NCBI GenBank assembly: GCA_963807605.1
Contig: CAWECG010000004.1
Location: forward strand, 128,001 to 192,000
Source: Candidatus Bathyarchaeota archaeon
GTDB taxonomy: Archaea; Thermoproteota; Bathyarchaeia; 40CM-2-53-6; RBG-13-38-9
Direction of reading: 5' to 3'
DNA length: 64,000 nt
Shown here in pieces: positions 57,936 to 64,000 of this stretch; position 1 is the stretch's first letter, and each line of letters starts with the position of its first letter. Under the pieces are notes generated by a model. It saw only the letters and a list, made by a program, of their open reading frames with translations, was not told the DNA's origin and made no database searches. A program made the translations under genes and the position numbers.

Positions 57936-59306
57936 CTAGGTGGTCGGAGAAGTAGCCCAGAGAGCGCGAGCTCTACATCCTCCGCAGACGTATCTGTTTT
58001 CGCAACTACCACACCCCGGCTTTAGCAAGTCCTTGTTCCACAGTTCTTTGAGAATCTCGTTTTCTTGCCAGATCTTTTCGAAGTTGGAAGTTCGGAGATT
58101 GCCCACAACCAGGTCTGGCATGAAGACGCAAGGAGTGACGAGACCGTTAGGCTGAATCGCGCAGTAGAGTCTACCGGCACCGCAACCTCCAATGAACTGA
58201 GCCAGATCCCGGAGGCCCCAGTTCCTGCTTTTTCCCACATAGAAGTGTGTAGGTGCGGATAGTCCTCCACAAGACTCCTCCACAGCGACTCTTCCGAACT
58301 GAGGCGCCGTGGAGAGGACTTCGATACCTGGGACTTTAGACTCTTTGATAAGAGTCCTGAGCAGTTCCTCCCTCTCCTCAGGCGTTATGTCCGCTTGAAT
58401 GATCCCGCGACCTCTGCCAGTGGGGATGAAATTAAAATGAATGAAACGGTCGACCTTCATCTTGCGTCCTAACTTGATGATGTTGCAGACTTCTTTCAGA
58501 TTATATCTAGTTACTGTGGTAGCTATCGATGTGAAGATCCCTGCCTCTACACAGTTCCTTATCCCTTGAAGCGAGAGAGCATGCGAACCGGGGATCCCTC
58601 TGAAGACGTCGTGTAACTCTGGGGAGGCGGCGTCCAGGCTGACCTCCACGTAACAGACATCGATCTTCCTAAGCAGTCTAGCTGTCTCCGGTGTGATCAG
58701 TGTGCCGTTGGTAGCTAGGGCAACGTACATGTCGTTCTCTCTGGCGGCTTGGGCGACATCAAAGAAGTCAGGACTCATCAGGGGCTCGCCTCCGGAGAAT
58801 GCGATCGAGACAACACCTGCGTCCCTAAGCTCCTTGATGACGCAGAATTTCTCCTCTAAGGATAGTTCATCTCTGGTCCTTTTACCGGCGTTTTGATAGC
58901 AGTGTCTGCACCTCAGATTGCAGGCGTTCGTGATGTTCCAGACAGCCAAGAAGTGAGCTTTCAAGAGCTGGGGGCGTGTAATGCCGTAATATCCTATGCT
59001 GCTCAGTACTGCTACTACTGCCCTTCTGACGATTGGATCCCTAAGGTAATTTCTGATTGATTCCACATTTGTGTCAAAGGCTTGGCAACCAGTGCTGAGT
59101 ATCATCTTGACCAGAAAGAAGTAGATGCGGTCGGTCAAGCCTCCAGAGGACTCCTCAAAGGCAAAGTTCCTCAAAGCTTGATCTAGTCTTGATTGACCCT
59201 CTGATCCGGTTCTGTCGCCGACTCGTATAATAGATCTTGAAATGGGATTACTCATTCCCGACCGTAGAAGCCTCACAGTATCGAGGAGCACAACTCGTCC
59301 CTTCAT
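57936..59306 (-). CDS. Radical SAM/SPASM protein, candidate GDGT-modifying enzyme; frameshift near 57960 hides the true C-terminus
   Basis: CNLRCRHC, SGGEP, GCGAG..YC..PC and C..C..CGGCRARA motifs; another frame continues GYFSDHLAPEVGC. Confidence 0.8.
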   Translation of the reverse strand: MKGRVVLLDTVRLLRSGMSNPISRSIIRVGDRTGSEGQSRLDQALRNFAFEESSGGLTDRIYFFLVKMILSTGCQAFDTNVESIRNYLRDPIVRRAVVAVLSSIGYYGITRPQLLKAHFLAVWNITNACNLRCRHCYQNAGKRTRDELSLEEKFCVIKELRDAGVVSIAFSGGEPLMSPDFFDVAQAARENDMYVALATNGTLITPETARLLRKIDVCYVEVSLDAASPELHDVFRGIPGSHALSLQGIRNCVEAGIFTSIATTVTRYNLKEVCNIIKLGRKMKVDRFIHFNFIPTGRGRGIIQADITPEEREELLRTLIKESKVPGIEVLSTAPQFGRVAVEESCGGLSAPTHFYVGKSRNWGLRDLAQFIGGCGAGRLYCAIQPNGLVTPCVFMPDLVVGNLRTSNFEKIWQENEILKELWNKDLLKPGCGSCENRYVCGGCRARALWATSPTT

Positions 59307-59448
59307 CAACGTAGACAGTTGAGACGGGGCAGGTGACAGAATCAATAGAATAACAGTCGTCGGCACTAAAATAGTTTAAGTTACCGAGTGTCGCAACAGC
59401 ACTATTATTATAGGTCGCTTTGCGCATGGAAGGCGCTAGCTGGCCAAG

Positions 59449-60939
59449 GTGGTCTTGCTGAAACGCATATTGAGGAGTACTCGGAGCATCTGCCCTGAAT
59501 GCATGAAGGTCCTTGATGCGGAGATCTTCATAGACGATGATGGCAAAGTCAAGATCTCAAAGACGTGCGATACTCACGGGTTTTTCATCGATACGTACAC
59601 GTTCTCGAATCCTGAACTTTACGAATGGGCGGAAAAGTATGCCCATCCTGGAATTCCGATAGAGAACCCGAGGACGGAGACAAACGAGGGTTGTCCGTAT
59701 GACTGTGGGATATGTCCCAACCACAAGTCTCACACTGTTCTTTCAATAATAGATGTCACAAACAGATGTAACCTGGAATGCCCAATATGTTTTGCGAATG
59801 CGGCTACGACCGGCTATGTCTATGAGCCTTCTCAAGGTGAGATTGAGAAGATCATCGGAAACCTAAGTTCAAATACTCCCGTTCCCCCTCCTGCGCTACA
59901 GTTCAGTGGCGGGGAGCCAACTATAAGGGAGGATCTTCCGCTGCTTGTCAAGTCGGCTAAGGATCATGGATTCAGGCATGTAGAGGTCAACACCAATGGG
60001 GTGAGACTTGCAAAGGATCTTGACTTCTTCAAGGAACTCATTGGGGCCGGCTTGGACACGCTCTATCTCCAATTCGACGGCCTCGACGACGGTGTCTATG
60101 AGAAGACCCGTGGGCTTCCACTTTTGAAGACGAAGATGAGTGTCCTCGAGAACGCCCGTAAGCTTGGTTTCGAGAGCATCGTTCTCGTAGTGACTCTTGT
60201 TAAGGGTGTTAACGATGATCAACTTGGCGAGATAGTAAGATTCGCCTTCGAGAATTCTGATATAATAAGGTGTGTGAACGTTCAGCCAGTATCCATCACC
60301 GGTAGAATAGACACTAAAGCGCGAGAGGCTATGCGAATAAACACTACCGACTTCATGGAGCTCATTCAGGAACAGACCTCAGGCCTGATAAAAATTAGTG
60401 ACTTCTTCCCTGTGCCCTCTGTGATTCCTGTAGCAAAAGCAATTGGGAGAATGAAGTCGAGGAGCTACTCTCTATTCAGCACAGTGCCGTGGTGTGGTGT
60501 AGCAACTTTCATGGTGCAGGGGAAGGAAGGTTGGGTTCCGATAACCCGGTTGGCGAATGTGGACAAGTTCTTCAAGACAATGGATAATGTATACCATGAT
60601 CTGGTTGAAGGCCACAAGACCCGAGCCAAGATAAGGACCCTAGCTGCCGTGAGGCATGTTAAAGCCTCATTCATTAAGGAAGTTATGTGGCCTGTCCTCA
60701 AGACCGGCACCTACGATGCGCTTGGCGGCTTCATGAGGAAGGTTGTGATGATCGGCTGCATGCACTTCATGGATCCATACAACTTCGATCTACAACGACT
60801 TGAAAGCTGCGTCATACACTACGGGTTGCCTGACGGCACGATAAGACCCTTCTGCGCAGTCAACACACTCCATCGGGCCAAGGTAGAGAAGCAGTACTCA
60901 GTCCCACTTGAGGAATGGAAGAAGTCCCTAGCAAAATGA
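59449..60939 (+). CDS. tes: Tetraether lipid synthase (radical SAM, Tes/GDGT-MAS family)
   Basis: SICPEC..KTC..HG, GCPYDCGICPNHKSHT, DVTNRCNLECPICFANA and MHFMDPYNFD..C.IHY..PDG..PFC motifs. Confidence 0.88.
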   Translation: MVLLKRILRSTRSICPECMKVLDAEIFIDDDGKVKISKTCDTHGFFIDTYTFSNPELYEWAEKYAHPGIPIENPRTETNEGCPYDCGICPNHKSHTVLSIIDVTNRCNLECPICFANAATTGYVYEPSQGEIEKIIGNLSSNTPVPPPALQFSGGEPTIREDLPLLVKSAKDHGFRHVEVNTNGVRLAKDLDFFKELIGAGLDTLYLQFDGLDDGVYEKTRGLPLLKTKMSVLENARKLGFESIVLVVTLVKGVNDDQLGEIVRFAFENSDIIRCVNVQPVSITGRIDTKAREAMRINTTDFMELIQEQTSGLIKISDFFPVPSVIPVAKAIGRMKSRSYSLFSTVPWCGVATFMVQGKEGWVPITRLANVDKFFKTMDNVYHDLVEGHKTRAKIRTLAAVRHVKASFIKEVMWPVLKTGTYDALGGFMRKVVMIGCMHFMDPYNFDLQRLESCVIHYGLPDGTIRPFCAVNTLHRAKVEKQYSVPLEEWKKSLAK

Positions 60940-61009
60940 CGCATCTCTTAAGCAGTAGTAGATTTCTTTAACGTCACTTGTCGCCAGTCCTCAACATTCA
61001 GGAAGTTAT

Positions 61010-61738
61010 TTGTTGATCAGCGTTGAGGCAAATCTGGAGGCGGGTCGAGAGGCAAGTTCCAGAGGAGACATAGTGATAGTCGTTGATGTCCTGAGATTCA
61101 GCTCTACCGCTGTAGTGGGCTTAGCTTGTGGAGCTGAGTCGATTATCCCCGTTAAGACAATTGGAGAAGCAAGGCGTCTTTACAAGGGAAATAGGAAACT
61201 AGTTCTGGCGGGTGAAAGAGAAGGAATCAAGCCTAAAGGATTTCATCTTGGGAACTCCCCCACCGAGTTTGAGAGAGCAGATCTCTCGGGCAAGAGAATA
61301 ATCATGACGACCAGCAATGGAACTGCGGCTTTGGAATCTTCGAAAGGCGCCAAGTCTTTACTGGTGGGTTCGTTCATAAATGCGGGGGCAGTCTCTGCGG
61401 CAGCCTCAACACTCTCCAGAGATGTGAAGGGTATCTCAATTGTCTTGGGGAGCCGACGCGGAGAGATCTTTCTTGAGGACTTTCTCTGTTCAGGTCTTTT
61501 GGTTTCCAACCTGATAGATAAGACTCACCAGATGAATGATGAGGCGATTGCCGCAAGACTCGCGTGGATGAGTGTTGAACACGATTTGGAACTGGTTGTA
61601 GGGCAGGCCGCTCATGCGGTTTACCTTGAGAGCATAGGCTATGGTGAAGATGTGAAGTTCTGTTCGCGAAGAGATGTCTATGATGTTGTTCCTTACCTGA
61701 AAGAGAACAGATTATTGAATTTAGCGCAGCTTAGATAG
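61010..61738 (+). CDS. comB: 2-phosphosulfolactate phosphatase family
   Basis: VDVLRFSST, GEREG..GFHLGNSP, TTSNGT and LEDFLCSG motifs. Confidence 0.9.
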   Translation: MLISVEANLEAGREASSRGDIVIVVDVLRFSSTAVVGLACGAESIIPVKTIGEARRLYKGNRKLVLAGEREGIKPKGFHLGNSPTEFERADLSGKRIIMTTSNGTAALESSKGAKSLLVGSFINAGAVSAAASTLSRDVKGISIVLGSRRGEIFLEDFLCSGLLVSNLIDKTHQMNDEAIAARLAWMSVEHDLELVVGQAAHAVYLESIGYGEDVKFCSRRDVYDVVPYLKENRLLNLAQLR

Positions 61739-62188
61739 GATTCTAGGCTAGTCTACAGGCAACTGTCGACGTGAAGTGAACTCTTAAGATAGTGCTAGAG
61801 GGTCTTTCCGAAGATACATGGGAGAAACATGGCGAGACGTGCACGTTGTGGCTTAAGTCGGCATAATCACCTGTTTACCATCCGACTTGAAGGATGGAGG
61901 CAATCGATAGCGTTCAGCGGAGGAAATCTACTCTCTGGCAAGAAAAGTTCGAAGCGCGCGCGTAATAGAGAGGTTATCGGTGTCTTGAATATAAGTTCTC
62001 GTCAAGGCGAGAACATTAACAGGGTAATGACATACCCTGAACTTCTAGCATGGAATGGGATGAGGGGCAGCCTAGAAAGGCGATGATCCACCGACCAATG
62101 AACATAATAGAAGCTAGAATCTCCAGTCTTTGGGCGGGAGAGTGTCAAGCGTAATGAAGGCTAACGTGCACTAATCAGGGCGCGCTTT

Positions 62189-63943
62189 TCAAGACCCCTC
62201 TATGTCCTTCTTCTTTTGCAAGTATTCTTTTCTGGTTATCTCTCCTCTGGAATATCTGAGATCCAACGAGTCCAGACCTGTCTTCGCGCTCTCTCTTCTA
62301 AATTTGAGGCCTCTTCTAGATAGCATGAATGAAAGAATGATGACCACCGCTATCGCTGCAATAGCTATCACTAGAATCACACCTGGAGTCGAATAGTCTG
62401 GTTGCCACGCCGCGGTTATAGTCATAGGACTGTCTACTGTGACAGTGGATGTAGGGTTTGGTAGATCGCTTCCCGTTGTTCCGCTCCATCCGTCAAAGAC
62501 ATAGCTTCCGCCGAGGGCTCCCCAGAATCCGGACATCGGTACCGCGGGGTCAACCGAGATCGTGGCTGTGGAACCTTGATCATACCATCCGGATCCTTGA
62601 GGCTGACCAATCCCTGACTGTACATCAACATAGTATTGAACTTGGTACGTCGCATTAGCAGTGTGTGGCATGTTCATCGTCAGCGTGACCGTAGAACTAG
62701 TCACCTGAGAGCCGTCCACATCCCAGCCTTTGAAGATGTCTTTCTCTTGGTTTGATGTATTGATAGTCTGCGGAGTGGTGAGGGTTAGGACTGTATTTTG
62801 CTGTTGCCATCCCGCCTTATCTATGGAAGCTCCCGCAGGATTCTCCACAGTCAAGTTGTACTCGGGCACGTAAGAGAACGTATGTGAGGCTGCTTGCGGT
62901 GCCCCAGTGTAACCAGGGTAGTAGTATGGGTAGTTGGGATTATAGGGATAGTTAGGGTAGTAGTACGAGTAGTTCTCAAGATAGCCATAGGGAGATTGAT
63001 GAACAGGATTCACGTATAATTGCTGATAATTGGCCGGTGAAAGATCCTCTGAAGTATCCTCGGGATACACAATCCCTCTATCTTCTTGCCCATAAGCTTG
63101 TGTTGTAGGAGCTTGTGTTGTAGAAGGTTGTGTAGTAGAAGCTTGTGTAGTAGACGCCTGAATTGAAGATGCAGCTGTAGTCGTTATAGACTCGCTCGAG
63201 GCTTCCGAGGTTGTCGTCAATACGTTCGACGCTATCGTTTCCGTGGGCGTAGTTGTGCCTGTGGCTGTAGTTGTTGACTCGCTTGAGGTAGTTATTGTAG
63301 TCGTCGGACTAGTTGTGCTTGCTGTTGTAGTCGTTGACTCGCTTGAAGGCGTTATGGTAGTCGTCTCAGTAATAGTGCTTGCGGGTGTGGTCGTACTTGT
63401 TATGATCTCGTTTGAGGTCGTTATCGTAGTTATCTGAGTAGTGTAACTTGTTGTTGTGGCAGAAGTAGTCCTGCGATGGTACGGGGGATAGTTGGAGTAA
63501 TTGTAAGGATAGTTAGTGTAAGGATAGTTAGGGTATGGATTGTAGCCACCGTAGCCACCACCTGGATAGGAGTAGCCGTACGGGTTGTAGGAGGACTGCG
63601 ACTGTTGCAGAGTCCAAGAGGAATTAGCACAGGCATACCTTGTCCCTGCTGGTCCTGATACGTAATCATCAACTTGGAAAACGTGTGATTGTGTGTTATT
63701 CACTTGGAAGACTCCTGATGATCCTCCTTGGATACTTCCTTGTCCATTCCCGTCGATCTTGATATTGGCAGAATATTGGGAAGGCAAACCTGAGATAGTT
63801 ATGGTTACTTGGTAACTGGAATAGCTGTTATAGGGGCCGGTGTAGATCTGCGTCGCCGCCTCTTGAATAGGGCTTGTCTGCAAAACATTGGATGCAACTA
63901 TAGTTGATAAGATGAGAAGAAGGAATACTGCTGATGATTTCAT
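62189..63943 (-). CDS. Cell-surface glycoprotein-like protein: signal peptide, Tyr/Pro/Asn-rich and Ser/Thr-rich linkers, beta-repeat domains, TM and SHOCT-like tail
   Basis: Long T/S tract, GSGWY..FDGWSG repeats and C-terminal RYSRGEITRKEY. Confidence 0.8.
   Translation of the reverse strand: MKSSAVFLLLILSTIVASNVLQTSPIQEAATQIYTGPYNSYSSYQVTITISGLPSQYSANIKIDGNGQGSIQGGSSGVFQVNNTQSHVFQVDDYVSGPAGTRYACANSSWTLQQSQSSYNPYGYSYPGGGYGGYNPYPNYPYTNYPYNYSNYPPYHRRTTSATTTSYTTQITTITTSNEIITSTTTPASTITETTTITPSSESTTTTASTTSPTTTITTSSESTTTATGTTTPTETIASNVLTTTSEASSESITTTAASSIQASTTQASTTQPSTTQAPTTQAYGQEDRGIVYPEDTSEDLSPANYQQLYVNPVHQSPYGYLENYSYYYPNYPYNPNYPYYYPGYTGAPQAASHTFSYVPEYNLTVENPAGASIDKAGWQQQNTVLTLTTPQTINTSNQEKDIFKGWDVDGSQVTSSTVTLTMNMPHTANATYQVQYYVDVQSGIGQPQGSGWYDQGSTATISVDPAVPMSGFWGALGGSYVFDGWSGTTGSDLPNPTSTVTVDSPMTITAAWQPDYSTPGVILVIAIAAIAVVIILSFMLSRRGLKFRRESAKTGLDSLDLRYSRGEITRKEYLQKKKDIEGS
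63096..63155 (-). repeat. Imperfect 15-bp tandem repeat, 4 copies, encoding (S/P)TTQ(A/P)
   Basis: GCTTGTGTTGTAGGA-like units. Confidence 0.8.
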
Positions 63944-64000
63944 TGTTCATGACCCCCTTTCTAAGTATTGGAGTGCGCTCCGCTTGCCTTTAATATTACG

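Noticed and set aside
57930-57975. Premature end of the radical SAM/SPASM gene as real truncation or recoding
   Set aside because: The indel lies in a CT dinucleotide run and the conserved-looking tail continues in another frame; likely a consensus error.
61829-62086. 85-aa ORF as a gene
   Set aside because: No recognisable motif or composition signal; the region may be a decayed remnant.
122-63672. Numerous short antisense or alternate-frame ORFs in the supplied track
   Set aside because: They are shadows of well-supported genes and have no independent motifs.

Overview
This is a 64-kb archaeal window from the TACK group, most consistent with Bathyarchaeia or a relative (Cdv/ESCRT-III, rpS26e, archaeal ThrRS/ProRS/GluRS, Nop5/fibrillarin, TBP, frequent TTG starts). 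It is mostly housekeeping and anaerobic-metabolism genes, with five stand-out observations. (1) The RNase HII gene (185..855) is interrupted inside its catalytic DEAGRG motif by a 26-nt element (220..245) that folds into a bulge-helix-bulge (BHB) splicing motif. Cleavage at the standard BHB positions exactly restores the reading frame, making it a candidate mRNA intron in a protein-coding gene other than cbf5. (2) A nine-gene co-oriented cell-division cluster, cdvB-cdvA-cdvB-cdvC-lrp-ftsX-like-ftsE-like-cdvB-cdvA, carries a minimal 4-TM FtsX-like permease and a degenerate ABC ATPase embedded among the ESCRT genes. (3) A complete 2.87-kb IS6-like cargo transposon (30106..32975) has terminal inverted repeats, a 9-bp target duplication and a RelE-type toxin-antitoxin pair. 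(4) A divergent FtsZ/tubulin-superfamily gene has a C-terminal winged-helix-like domain and is broken by four 1-nt indels, probably sequencing errors. (5) Several conserved genes apparently need CTG/ATC/ATT start codons. Scattered 1-2-nt frameshifts in homopolymers or dinucleotide runs suggest long-read consensus errors. No rRNA, tRNA or CRISPR array was recognised. All product calls come from motif recognition by eye; no database search was run.
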